Assembly: GCA_044228695.1 (NCBI GenBank)
Contig: JBGAUK010000003.1
Span: forward strand, 27,380 to 91,379
Source: Chromatiaceae bacterium
GTDB lineage: Bacteria; Pseudomonadota; Gammaproteobacteria; Chromatiales; Chromatiaceae
Length of the DNA: 64,000 nt
Reading direction: 5' to 3'
The position numbers and the translations under genes were made by a program. Below, piece after piece: positions 20,170-29,594 of the stretch. The stretch's first letter is position 1. Every line of letters begins with the position of its first letter. Below the pieces are notes generated by a model. That model was not told where the DNA came from. It made no database searches and worked only from the letters and a program-made list of their open reading frames with translations.

Positions 20170-21429
20170 ATGAAACCCGATCGGATCATCGCGTTCGTCA
20201 TGGCGGGCGGCCAAGGCTCCCGCCTCCAGCCCTTGACCACGGCCCGCTCCAAGCCCTCGGTGCCTTTTGGCGCGCGTTACCGGATCGTCGATTTCGTCCT
20301 CAGTAATCTGGTCAACTCCAGCATCAACACCATCTATTTGCTGGTCCAGTACAAATCCCAGTCCCTCATCGAGCATGTACGCAAGTCCTGGACCATCTCC
20401 CCCCTGCTCCAGCAGCAATTCGTAACCGTGGTACCGCCCCAGATGCGGGTCAGCGAAAACTGGTTCCAGGGCACGGCGGACGCGGTTCACCAGAATATCA
20501 ATCTGATCGAGGAACAGGCCCCGGACCTGGTGGCCGTCTTCGGCGCCGACCACATCTACCGCATGGACATCCAGCAGATGGTGGATTTCCACAAGGCCAA
20601 CAAGGCCGATGTCTCAATCGCCGCCCTGCCCGTCCCGCTGCGTGATGCACGCGGCTTCGGCGTTATCGCCACCGGACCCGATGGGCGTATCCAGGCCTTC
20701 CAGGAGAAGCCGGCGAATCCCGCCGCCATGCCCGGCGATCCGCACCAAGCCTTTGCCTCCATGGGCAACTATATCTTTAAAACTGACGTGCTGATCGAGG
20801 CCCTGGAAGAGGCTCGCCGCAATGGCGAGACCGATTTTGGCGGTCATGTCCTGCCGCGCCTCCTGCGCAGCCACCGTCTTTTTGCCTATGATTTCGCGAC
20901 TAACGTGATTCCGGGCATCAAGCCCTACGAGCACCGGGTCTATTGGCGGGATGTCGGCAATATCGATGCCTATTTCGATGCCCACAAGGACGTGCTGGGC
21001 GCCGAACCCGTCTTTGATATGTTCAACCCCCAATGGCCGGTCTACTCCAGTGGCTACCAGGGGCCGGTGGCGCGGGTGCTGGGTGGGGAGTTGCGTAATT
21101 CCCTGCTGGCGGCCGCGACCATCGTCCACGAGGGCGCCCGTCTCACTAACACCATCGTCCGCCGCGAGGCCGTCATCGAGGAGGATGTGGAACTCGAGGA
21201 CTGTGTCATCATGGATTATGTGCGGGTCTGCCGGGGGGCGCGCCTGCGGCGGGTCATCGTCGATCGTCACAACATCATCGCTGCCGGCGATCGCATCGGC
21301 TTCGACCCGGAGGCCGACCGCCAGCGCTATACGGTCAGCGAGGGGGGAGTCACCGTGATCCCGGCCGGGCGCGTGAGCTACTTCGCCCGCGACCACCAGG
21401 GTGCCCTGGGCCGCAGCTATTCCAAGTGA
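20170..21429 (+). CDS. glgC: Glucose-1-phosphate adenylyltransferase
   Basis: Motifs MAGGQGSRLQPLT, WFQGTADAV and YWRDVGNIDAY, with a C-terminal left-handed beta-helix region. The SD is GAGGAGG. Confidence 0.95.
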   Translation: MKPDRIIAFVMAGGQGSRLQPLTTARSKPSVPFGARYRIVDFVLSNLVNSSINTIYLLVQYKSQSLIEHVRKSWTISPLLQQQFVTVVPPQMRVSENWFQGTADAVHQNINLIEEQAPDLVAVFGADHIYRMDIQQMVDFHKANKADVSIAALPVPLRDARGFGVIATGPDGRIQAFQEKPANPAAMPGDPHQAFASMGNYIFKTDVLIEALEEARRNGETDFGGHVLPRLLRSHRLFAYDFATNVIPGIKPYEHRVYWRDVGNIDAYFDAHKDVLGAEPVFDMFNPQWPVYSSGYQGPVARVLGGELRNSLLAAATIVHEGARLTNTIVRREAVIEEDVELEDCVIMDYVRVCRGARLRRVIVDRHNIIAAGDRIGFDPEADRQRYTVSEGGVTVIPAGRVSYFARDHQGALGRSYSK

Positions 21430-21430
21430 C

Positions 21431-22003
21431 ATGATCGACCGGCACCTTGATGACCATCTGCGCACCATCGAACTGCTGCGGGAACAAAGGGCGGACATCG
21501 AGGGCATCGCCGCCCTCATGATCGACTGCCTGGCCAGCGGGGGACTGGTGTTCTGGCTCGGCAATGGGGGGAGCGCGGCGGATAGCCAGCACCTGGCCTC
21601 GGAACTCGTTGGGCGCTTCGAGCGCGACCGGCCCGGCCTGGCCTCCATCGCCCTGACCACGGACAGCTCCGCCCTGACGGCCATTGGCAATGATTATGGC
21701 TTCGACCAGATCTTCGCCCGCCAGGTCGAGGCCCTGTGCCGGCCGGGGGATCTGGTCATCGGCATCAGCACCTCCGGCAACAGCCCCAATGTCCTGCGGG
21801 CGCTGGAAAAGGCGCGCGCCCTGGGGGCCAAGACCGCCGGCTTTGGCGGCCGAGGGGGCGGGCGCCTCAGGGGCTTGGTGGATGCCTGCCTGATCGCCCC
21901 CTCCGACAACACGGCGCGCATCCAGGAAGCGCACCTGCTCGTCGGCCATATCCTCTGTGACCTGGTCGAGGCGCACTTCGCGCCCCCCGCCGCCACTGCC
22001 TGA
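21431..22003 (+). CDS. gmhA: Phosphoheptose isomerase (SIS domain)
   Basis: Motifs GNGGSAADSQHLASEL and GISTSGNSPNVL. The ATG at 21431 lies 1 nt after the glgC stop. The track ORF starts at 21401, inside glgC. Confidence 0.9.
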   Translation: MIDRHLDDHLRTIELLREQRADIEGIAALMIDCLASGGLVFWLGNGGSAADSQHLASELVGRFERDRPGLASIALTTDSSALTAIGNDYGFDQIFARQVEALCRPGDLVIGISTSGNSPNVLRALEKARALGAKTAGFGGRGGGRLRGLVDACLIAPSDNTARIQEAHLLVGHILCDLVEAHFAPPAATA

Positions 22004-22012
22004 AGCCACGCC

Positions 22013-23497
22013 ATGTTCGAGCACCCCGAGGCCGTCCTGCGCGCCCTGCGTTCCGGCTTCGGCGCGCGCCGGGTCCTGGTCGTCGGCGATCTCATGCTCG
22101 ACCGTTATCTTTGGGGCCAAGTCCAGCGCATCTCCCCCGAGGCCCCGGTACCCGTAGTTCATCTGACCCGCCGCACCCAAACCGCTGGCGGGGCCGCCAA
22201 TGTCGCCCGCAACCTCTCCGCCCTGGGACTGGAGGTCCAGCTTGCCGGGGTCACGGGTGACGATGAAGGCCGCGCCGCCCTGCTCGCCGCCCTGGCCACC
22301 GACGGCATCCAGACCCAGGCGGTCGGCCTGGCCCGGGACCGGGCCACCACCGTCAAGACGCGGGTGATCGGCAATCACCAGCAGATGCTGCGTATCGACG
22401 AGGAGAGCAGCCGGCCCCTCGCCCCCGGGGACGAGTCCGCCCTCTGGGAGGCCATCCTGCCCCTCCTGCCGGGCGCTGGCGCCCTGGTGCTCTCCGATTA
22501 CGCCAAGGGCGTCCTCTCGGACACCCTCTGCCACCGGCTCCTGGCGGCGGCACGATCCCAGGGCCTGCCCGTCCTGGTTGATCCCAAGGGCCGGGACTTT
22601 GCCAAGTACGCCGGGGCCAGCCTCATCACCCCCAATCGGGCCGAACTCGCCCTGACCACCGGCGTCCCTCGCGAGGACTTGGCCGGCCTGCTCCAGGCGG
22701 CGGCAAGCCTGAGAGAGGGGTTGGACCTGGGGCTCCTGGTGCTGACCCTGAGCGAACTGGGCCTGGCTCTGGTTGACGGATCGGGCACCCGGCGCATCCC
22801 CGCCCTGGCGCGGGAGGTCTTTGATGTCTCAGGCGCGGGTGACACCGTCATCGCCACCTTTGCCGCTGGCCTTGCCGCGGGACTGGGTGCCAGCGATACC
22901 GCCCATCTGGCCAATCTGGCCGCCGGGGTGGTGGTCGGCAAGGTGGGGACCGTGCCCATTACCGGGCCTGAGCTCTTGGCCGCCATCAGCGGCGAGATGG
23001 CCCTGGAACAGGCCGCCAAGATCCTGGATCTGGCCGCGGCCCAGGCCCGGGTGCAGGGCTGGCAGGCCGCGGGCGAGCGCGTTGTCTTCACCAACGGCTG
23101 CTTTGACCTCCTCCACGTCGGCCATGTCAGCTACCTGGAGCTGGCCCGCCGGCAGGGCCAGCGCCTGGTGGTGGGCCTCAACACGGACCAGTCGGTGCGC
23201 GCCCTCAAGGGGCCGGAACGCCCTCTCATCGGCGAACAAGACCGCGCCCGGGTCCTCGCCGCCCTGGCCGCGGTGGATGCCGTGGTGCTGTTCGACGAGG
23301 CGACGCCCCTGGAACTCATTCTCGCCCTGCGCCCGGATGTCCTCGCCAAGGGTGCAGATTACCGGGAAGAGGAGGTCGTTGGGGCTCCGGAGGTGAAATC
23401 CTGGGGCGGCCAGGTGGTTCTGATACCCCTGGTCGATGATCGCAGCACCACGGGCATCATCCAGCGCCTGGAAGCCGCCAGGGGTCCCTCGGCCTAG
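22013..23497 (+). CDS. hldE: Bifunctional D-beta-D-heptose 7-phosphate kinase / D-beta-D-heptose 1-phosphate adenylyltransferase
   Basis: The N-terminal half is ribokinase-like (DVSGAGDTVIA). The C-terminal half is a cytidylyltransferase domain (FTNGCFDLLHVGHVSYL). Confidence 0.94.
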   Translation: MFEHPEAVLRALRSGFGARRVLVVGDLMLDRYLWGQVQRISPEAPVPVVHLTRRTQTAGGAANVARNLSALGLEVQLAGVTGDDEGRAALLAALATDGIQTQAVGLARDRATTVKTRVIGNHQQMLRIDEESSRPLAPGDESALWEAILPLLPGAGALVLSDYAKGVLSDTLCHRLLAAARSQGLPVLVDPKGRDFAKYAGASLITPNRAELALTTGVPREDLAGLLQAAASLREGLDLGLLVLTLSELGLALVDGSGTRRIPALAREVFDVSGAGDTVIATFAAGLAAGLGASDTAHLANLAAGVVVGKVGTVPITGPELLAAISGEMALEQAAKILDLAAAQARVQGWQAAGERVVFTNGCFDLLHVGHVSYLELARRQGQRLVVGLNTDQSVRALKGPERPLIGEQDRARVLAALAAVDAVVLFDEATPLELILALRPDVLAKGADYREEEVVGAPEVKSWGGQVVLIPLVDDRSTTGIIQRLEAARGPSA

Positions 23498-23594
23498 GAG
23501 CCGCGGGATGGCATGGGGGGGCGGCCCGCTCTAGCCCCGCATGGGGCGCGCCGCCCAAGGGGCTGCGGCGGGCCGGCGAGGGGCATCACGCCTT

Positions 23595-24329
23595 TTAGTC
23601 CCCGACTGCACCATAGACCCGCCGATGTAGCGTCTCCAAGGCGGCGAGATCAAGGTTATCCAGACCCGCCACCACCTCGGCCGAGCCACTGAAATCCTCG
23701 CCTTGGGTATAGGTGCTCACCGTGACCAGCAGGGCCTTGAGATCGGCGCCCAAGGCGGCGCGCACACCGTTCGCCGAGTCCTCAATGGCGACGCAGGCCT
23801 CCGGCGGCAGCCCCAGTTGCTCGAGGGCATAGACAAAGATGTCCGGGGCCGGCTTCTTGGCGGGGACTATGTCGCCAGCGGCAATAACCTCGAACCAGCC
23901 CGGAAGATCGGGGGTGCCAGCGCACTCCAGCAGGGTGGTGACGTTCTCGGGGGTGGTGGTAGTGGCCACGGCGAGCCGGATGCCGGCATCCCGGGCCTCG
24001 CCCAACAGGCGCAGGACGCCCGGCCGCAGGGGGATGGCGCCGGAGCGCAGCAGGTCCAGATAGTGGGCTGTCTTGCGCTGGTGGAGGTCGGCGATAAAGT
24101 CCGCCAGGTCCGGCCGCTCCAGAAAGTCGGGTTGCCAGTGGCGCAGGTAGTGCAGGATGCGTTCCTTGCCCCCGGTCACGGCGAGCAGTTCACCATAGAG
24201 GGGCACCGTCCAGTCCCAGTCGAGCCCGGCCTCCTGGAAGGCCCGATTGAAGGCCGGCCGATGGCCATCCCGCTCAGTATCCGCCAGGGTGCCATCCACA
24301 TCGAAGATCAGGGCCTGAAGAGCCTGCAT
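23595..24329 (-). CDS. cbbY: HAD-family phosphatase, CbbY-like
   Basis: LIFDVDGTLADTERDGHRPAFNRAFQEAGLDWDW plus GGKERI, as in CbbY proteins. Confidence 0.8.
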   Translation of the reverse strand: MQALQALIFDVDGTLADTERDGHRPAFNRAFQEAGLDWDWTVPLYGELLAVTGGKERILHYLRHWQPDFLERPDLADFIADLHQRKTAHYLDLLRSGAIPLRPGVLRLLGEARDAGIRLAVATTTTPENVTTLLECAGTPDLPGWFEVIAAGDIVPAKKPAPDIFVYALEQLGLPPEACVAIEDSANGVRAALGADLKALLVTVSTYTQGEDFSGSAEVVAGLDNLDLAALETLHRRVYGAVGD

Positions 24330-24578
24330 GTCTCACCTCGTAAATAAAGCGTTTGTCCCGTTTAAGATCGGGATAAGGTTACCCCAGCCCCGCCCCTTCC
24401 GCGGCGGCCAGGCAGCCACCATATTGGCATCTATCAGCCAGGGATCAAATTCCGGTTGCCCATCCGCACCCAATTTGATACAAAGCAACCCCTTCGGCGG
24501 GAGGCGTCCCGGGCGTCGGGGTGACGATTCGATCCCGTAAACCCCGAGCATCGCAAACGTATTATCAGGAGGACAGGC

Positions 24579-25013
24579 ATGATCGAGGCACAAAAGCAGG
24601 GTGCAAAGGCGTTCGGGTTCGAACCCTATCAAGCCTCTAGTGATGAGGATTACATGAGCCCCGGCCAGGAGGAGCACTTCCGTGAGATCCTGATCGCCTG
24701 GAAACATAGCCTTATGGAGGAAGTAGACCGTACCGTCCATCACATGCAGGACGAGGCGACCAATTTCCCCGATCCCAACGACCGCGCCACCCAGGAGTCC
24801 GAGTTCAGCCTGGAATTGCGCACCCGTGACCGTGAGCGCAAGCTGATCAAGAAGATCGATGAGGGGCTGGAGCGCCTCGACAGCCACGATTATGGTTATT
24901 GCGAGGCCTGTGGCGTCGAGATCGGCATCCGTCGCCTGGAGGCGCGACCCACCGCGACCCTCTGCATCGATTGCAAGACCCTGGATGAGATCCGCGAGAA
25001 GCAGCGCGGCTGA
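24579..25013 (+). CDS. dksA: RNA polymerase-binding transcription factor DksA
   Basis: The C4 zinc finger is [25 protein letters not shown]. The coiled-coil tip is acidic ([10 protein letters not shown]). Confidence 0.95.
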   Translation: MIEAQKQGAKAFGFEPYQASSDEDYMSPGQEEHFREILIAWKHSLMEEVDRTVHHMQDEATNFPDPNDRATQESEFSLELRTRDRERKLIKKIDEGLERLDSHDYGYCEACGVEIGIRRLEARPTATLCIDCKTLDEIREKQRG

Positions 25014-25069
25014 TTCATCCCTCGGCTTCAAGTTCTGACTCGGCCCCAGAGCCGGAACTACCCTCGCCC

Positions 25070-26005
25070 TTGGTTACACGCCCCGCGCCCCACCCTTTTG
25101 ACGCCCCCTATCGGGGGCGTTTTGCGCCCTCCCCCACGGGCCCTATGCACTTTGGCTCCCTCGTAGCCGCCCTGGGCAGTTACGCCGAGGCCCGCGTCCA
25201 GGGCGGCGAATGGTGGGTGCGCATGGAAGACCTGGACCGCCCACGTGAGGTGCCGGGCGCCGCGCGGGCTATTCTGACCACCCTAGAGGCCTTTGGGTTC
25301 GAATGGGATGGCCCTGTCATATACCAAAGCCAGAGGACGGAGGCCTACGCCGCCGCCCTCGAAAACTTGAGCGAACGGGGCTTGCTCTTTTCCTGCGAGT
25401 GCAGCCGCCGGGAGATCGCAGCGACCGGCACCCCGGGCCCCGAGGGCCCCCTCTATCCCGGTACCTGCCGGACCAGAGCCACCTGGTTCCGGGGCGACCG
25501 GGCCATCCGCCTGCGCGTCGAGACGCCCCCCATCAGCTTCCAGGATGTCGTTCAGGGCCTGGTGACTCAGGATCTGAGGACGGAGGTGGGCGACTTTATC
25601 CTGCGCCGCGCCGACGGTCTTCATGCCTACCAACTGGCAGTGGTGGTGGATGACGCCCTCCAAGGCATCAGCCACGTCGTCCGGGGTGCTGACCTCACCC
25701 GCTCCACCCCGCGCCAGATCCTGATCCAGCACTATCTGGGCCTGCCGACCCCGATCTATGCCCATCTGCCTCTGGTCCTGGACGGGCAGGGCCGCAAACT
25801 CAGCAAGTCCGATGCCGCCGCCCCCGTCGATTCGAGGAATCCCGTCCCCACCTTACTCCAGGCCTGGGCCTTTCTGGGTCAGCCAGCCTTTGCGGAACCA
25901 CCCCTGAACCCGGTGGAATTCTGGGGCCAGGCCCTGACCTCCTGGTGCCTGGCCAGGGTGCCACCGGCGGCCCGGCGGCCACCGGCCCCAAGCCCGCCTC
26001 GGTAG
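25070..26005 (+). CDS. gluQ: Glutamyl-Q tRNA(Asp) synthetase
   Basis: Truncated GluRS-like class I enzyme with PSPTGPMHFGSL and KLSKS. It follows dksA, as in enterobacteria. It has a TTG start. Confidence 0.88.
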   Translation: MVTRPAPHPFDAPYRGRFAPSPTGPMHFGSLVAALGSYAEARVQGGEWWVRMEDLDRPREVPGAARAILTTLEAFGFEWDGPVIYQSQRTEAYAAALENLSERGLLFSCECSRREIAATGTPGPEGPLYPGTCRTRATWFRGDRAIRLRVETPPISFQDVVQGLVTQDLRTEVGDFILRRADGLHAYQLAVVVDDALQGISHVVRGADLTRSTPRQILIQHYLGLPTPIYAHLPLVLDGQGRKLSKSDAAAPVDSRNPVPTLLQAWAFLGQPAFAEPPLNPVEFWGQALTSWCLARVPPAARRPPAPSPPR

Positions 26006-26048
26006 GAATGGTCGGCATAATCCCTTACTTCACCCAGAGGAAGATCGC

Positions 26049-26603
26049 GTGGCCCTGAGAATCAAGAGTCATTGGAATAACGACGAGGCGGAGCGCTCCC
26101 TGCCGGAGATTGCCAGCGCCCTAGCCTACATCGCCTGGCGCATCGCAACGGACAAGGCCATCAATCTCCACTGCGAACGCTTCCTCTATCGGGACGACGC
26201 CCAGCGCCTGGCGGTGATTGGGGAATATCTCCTCTTCCTGATCCAGATCGCCGACCGCCTCGCCGCCGACCGCATGGAGGCCGAGGACCGCCGCGCCCTG
26301 GTCACCGCCCTCGCCCGCAAACTCATCGAGCACGTCCAGGACAACAGCCAGGACCTTTTGGGGCCAGGGGATTACGGGAGTCCCTTTATCGAGCGTCTCA
26401 ATGTCCGCTCCGGCGAATATGCGGAATTTCAACTGGCGGGCGATGGCCCCAGCTATGCCTTTCTCCGCCACCTGGGCTTCGAGATCCAGTCCTTGATGGG
26501 ACCCGGGGCCGAAAACCGTTGGGTCATCGATCAGGTCATGGATAAGGATGGCTACGAGGCCTACAAGACCTTTGCCAGGGCCTTTGGCAACCTCTTCGAA
26601 TAG
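26049..26603 (+). CDS. Hypothetical protein (184 aa)
   Basis: GC3 is high throughout and the start is GTG. I recognise no motif. Confidence 0.7.
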   Translation: MALRIKSHWNNDEAERSLPEIASALAYIAWRIATDKAINLHCERFLYRDDAQRLAVIGEYLLFLIQIADRLAADRMEAEDRRALVTALARKLIEHVQDNSQDLLGPGDYGSPFIERLNVRSGEYAEFQLAGDGPSYAFLRHLGFEIQSLMGPGAENRWVIDQVMDKDGYEAYKTFARAFGNLFE

Positions 26604-26610
26604 GGGGAAC

Positions 26611-26635
26611 CCTGGCCTGGCAAATCCAGGCCAGG
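26611..26635. terminator. Perfect 10-bp stem / 5-nt loop hairpin between convergent genes
   Basis: CCTGGCCTGG caaat CCAGGCCAGG. It lies 8 nt after the 26049..26603 stop and 16 nt after the metY stop. There is no T-tract on either side. Confidence 0.45.
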
Positions 26636-26650
26636 AGGATCAGTAGAGAC

Positions 26651-27925
26651 CTACTTGGCGGCGGCCAGCGCCTGGGCTAGGTCCTCGATGATGTCGTCGA
26701 TATGCTCGATGCCGATGGAGAGACGGATCATGTCCTCCGCAACACCGGCGCGTGCCAGTTCCGCCGGGGTGAGCTGGCGGTGGGTGGTGGTGGCCGGGTG
26801 GCAGGCCAGGGTTTTGGCGTCGCCGATGTTGACCAGCCGCACCGCCAACTTGAGGGCGTCAATAAACTTGGCCCCGGACTCCAGACCACCCTTGATGCCG
26901 AAGGACAGGATGCTGGAGGCGCGGCCGCCCATGTACTTATCCACCAGGGTCTTGTCCGGGTGATCCGGCAGGCCGGCGTAGCGTACCCAGGCCACCTGGG
27001 GCTGCGCCTGGAGAAATTGGGCCACCGCCAGGGCATTCTCGCAATGGCGATCCATGCGCACGTGCAAGGTCTCGATCCCCTGCAGGATCAGGAAGCTGTT
27101 AAAGGGCGAGATGGCCGCGCCCATATTACGCAGCGGCACCACCCGCGCCCGGCCGATATAGGCCGCCACCCCCAGGGCCTCGGTATAAACCACGCCGTGA
27201 TAGGAGACATCGGGCTCGTTGAGACGGCGGAAGCGCGCCTTGTGCTCGGCCCAGGGGAACTTGCCCGAGTCCACCAGGGCGCCGCCGATGGTGGTGCCAT
27301 GGCCGCCCAGGTACTTGGTCAGGGCATGGACGACGATGTCGGCGCCATGCTCGAAGGGCCGGCACAGATAGGGCGTCGGTACCGTGTTGTCCACGATGAG
27401 GGGGATGCCGTGGGCATGGGCCATGTCCGCCATGGCGCCGATATCCGCCACGTTGCCCGCCGGGTTGCCGATGGATTCGCAGAAGACCGCCTTGGTGCGC
27501 CCGTCGATGAGGGCCGCCATGCCCACGATATCGTTGGGCTTGGCGAAACGCACCTCGATGCCCAGTTGCGGCAAGGTGTGGGCAAAGAGGTTGTAGGTGC
27601 CGCCATAGAGGGTCGAGGTGGTGACGATGTTGTCGCCCGTCTCGCAGATGGTGAAGAGCGAATAGGTCACCGCCGCCATGCCCGAGGCCAGGGCCAGGCC
27701 ACCGATGCCGCCCTCCAGGGCCGTCAGCCGCTTCTCCAGCACGTCGCTGGTGGGGTTCATCATGCGGGTGTAGATGTTGCCAGCTACCTTGAGGTCGAAG
27801 AGATCCGCACCGTGCTGGGTGTCGTCAAAGGCGTAGGAAGTGGTCTGGTAGATGGGCGTGGCAACGGACTTGGTGGTCGGGTCCGGCTCAAAGCCGGCAT
27901 GAATGGCCAAGGTCTCGATCTTCAT
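26651..27925 (-). CDS. metY: O-acetylhomoserine sulfhydrylase (PLP-dependent Cys/Met metabolism family)
   Basis: 424 aa, with MKIETLAIHAG, YTRMMNPT and the PLP-lysine region VVHALTKYLGGHG. The SD is AGGAGA. Confidence 0.92.
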   Translation of the reverse strand: MKIETLAIHAGFEPDPTTKSVATPIYQTTSYAFDDTQHGADLFDLKVAGNIYTRMMNPTSDVLEKRLTALEGGIGGLALASGMAAVTYSLFTICETGDNIVTTSTLYGGTYNLFAHTLPQLGIEVRFAKPNDIVGMAALIDGRTKAVFCESIGNPAGNVADIGAMADMAHAHGIPLIVDNTVPTPYLCRPFEHGADIVVHALTKYLGGHGTTIGGALVDSGKFPWAEHKARFRRLNEPDVSYHGVVYTEALGVAAYIGRARVVPLRNMGAAISPFNSFLILQGIETLHVRMDRHCENALAVAQFLQAQPQVAWVRYAGLPDHPDKTLVDKYMGGRASSILSFGIKGGLESGAKFIDALKLAVRLVNIGDAKTLACHPATTTHRQLTPAELARAGVAEDMIRLSIGIEHIDDIIEDLAQALAAAK

Positions 27926-28154
27926 GGAATCTCCTGGATGGTGGGATAGGTTATTGGCTTTTTGTAAGGGCTCCGCGATCGGGCCAGGGCAGGCACACGG
28001 CCAGGGGTGATCTTGGTAAGATCCTGGCGGGGACCGGTTTTATGGGAAGATGTCGGAATTTATGTCTATTTCTCCCCTGGCTGTCCCTGTATCATCTCAG
28101 AAAGCAGAGTCGTCATCACCCACCTATCTTCCAAGCGAGAGGGATCCTCACCCC

Positions 28155-29594
28155 ATGGCCGCCACCCCCGCGCCGCCCCTGGCCGTTGACCTCGACGGCA
28201 GCCTGGTACGCACCGACACCTTGTGGGAAACCCTCTTCACCCTGCTGCGCCACCAGCCACTCGCCTTGATCGCCGCCCTCGCGAGCCTCCGCCATGGCCG
28301 GGCCGCCTTCAAGGCCCACCTGGTCACCCGGGCGCCCCTGGATGTCGCGGACCTGCCCCTCAACACCGCCCTGATCGACTGGCTGCGCCAGGAGGGCGCC
28401 ACCGGCCGCCTCCTGGTTCTGGCCACCGCCACCGATCAGCGCGTCGCCCGGGCCCTCGCCGACCGCGTCGGCCTCTTCGCCCAGGTCCTCGCCAGCGACG
28501 GCCACCACAACCTCAAGGGCCCCGCCAAGGCCGCCGCCCTGGTGGAGCGCTTCGGTCAAGGCGGCTTCGACTATGTCGGCGATGCCCGCGCCGACCTCCC
28601 CGTCTGGGCCGCCGCCCGCCACGCCATCGTCGTTGGCGGCGCCGGGCTGGTCCGGGCCGCCAGCCAGGTCGCCCGGGTCGAGCGCGTCTTCGCCCCCGCG
28701 CCACGGGCCCCCGCCCTGTGGCGCGCCCTGCGCCTCCATCAGTGGGCCAAGAACCTCCTCCTCTTCCTGCCCCTGCTTGCCGCCCACCAGGTCGGTAACG
28801 GCGCCCAACTGCTTGCCGCCGGTCTCGCCTTTCTGGCCTTCGGCCTCACCGCCTCCGCCGTCTATCTGCTCAACGATCTCCTCGACCTGAGCGCCGATCG
28901 CCGCCACCCCAGTAAATGCCGCCGGCCTTTCGCCGCCGGCACCCTGCCCCTGGCCTGGGGCCTGCTTCTGGCACCCCTCCTGCTGCTGGGGGCCGCCACC
29001 ATCAGCCTGCTCTGGCTGCCCGCCCCCTTTGGCGCGATTCTGGTGGGCTACTTTCTCCTCACCAGCGCCTATTCCTGGGACTTCAAGCGCCGCCCCATCC
29101 TGGATGTCATGACCCTGGCCATGCTTTACACCCTCCGCGTCATTGCCGGCGGCGCGGCGGTAGCCCTCTGGCCCTCCTTCTGGCTGCTGGCCTTGTCACT
29201 CTTCCTCTTTTTCAGCCTGGCCCTGGTCAAGCGCTACGCCGAGCTCGACAGTCTCAAGGGGCGGGGAGAACTTACCAGCGGGGGACGCGGCTGGCATGTT
29301 GACGACCTACCCCTGATCGGTGGCCTGGGCGCCGCCGCCGGCCTGGGCGCCGTGCTGGTGCTGGCACTCTACATCGACAGCGAACCGGCGCGCCGGCTCT
29401 ACCAGTTGCCCGAGGCCCTCTGGCTCATCACCCCTCTGCTGCTCTACTGGGTTAGCTACCTCTGGTTCAGGACCCATCGCGGGGAGATGAACGAGGACCC
29501 GGTGGTCTTTGCCCTGCGCGACCGGGTCAGTCTGGGTATCGGCGCAATGGCGGTCGCCGTCCTCCTGGTGGCCACCCAAGGGGGCGGCCCATGA
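28155..29594 (+). CDS. Fusion protein: N-terminal HAD-like phosphatase domain plus C-terminal UbiA-family polyprenyl-phosphate phosphoribosyltransferase (DPPR-synthase-like)
   Basis: The HAD motifs are AVDLDGSLV and DYVGDARADLPVW. The UbiA Asp-rich motif is NDLLDLSADRRHPSKCRRPFAAG, followed by about 8 TM segments. The track ORF starts at 28050, but codon bias becomes GC3-rich only from the ATG at 28155, which has GAGGGA upstream. Confidence 0.8.
   Translation: MAATPAPPLAVDLDGSLVRTDTLWETLFTLLRHQPLALIAALASLRHGRAAFKAHLVTRAPLDVADLPLNTALIDWLRQEGATGRLLVLATATDQRVARALADRVGLFAQVLASDGHHNLKGPAKAAALVERFGQGGFDYVGDARADLPVWAAARHAIVVGGAGLVRAASQVARVERVFAPAPRAPALWRALRLHQWAKNLLLFLPLLAAHQVGNGAQLLAAGLAFLAFGLTASAVYLLNDLLDLSADRRHPSKCRRPFAAGTLPLAWGLLLAPLLLLGAATISLLWLPAPFGAILVGYFLLTSAYSWDFKRRPILDVMTLAMLYTLRVIAGGAAVALWPSFWLLALSLFLFFSLALVKRYAELDSLKGRGELTSGGRGWHVDDLPLIGGLGAAAGLGAVLVLALYIDSEPARRLYQLPEALWLITPLLLYWVSYLWFRTHRGEMNEDPVVFALRDRVSLGIGAMAVAVLLVATQGGGP

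Noticed and set aside
24615-24626. GGGTTCGAACCC, a tRNA T-arm-like sequence.
   Set aside because: It lies inside the dksA coding frame (FGFEPY). No acceptor, D or anticodon arms can be folded around it.
27926-28154. Possible SAM-type riboswitch in the metY leader. The minus strand contains CAAAAAGCC and GC-rich pairings.
   Set aside because: I could not fit the SAM-II, SAM-V or SAM/SAH pseudoknot consensus by eye. A cmscan would be needed before making any claim.
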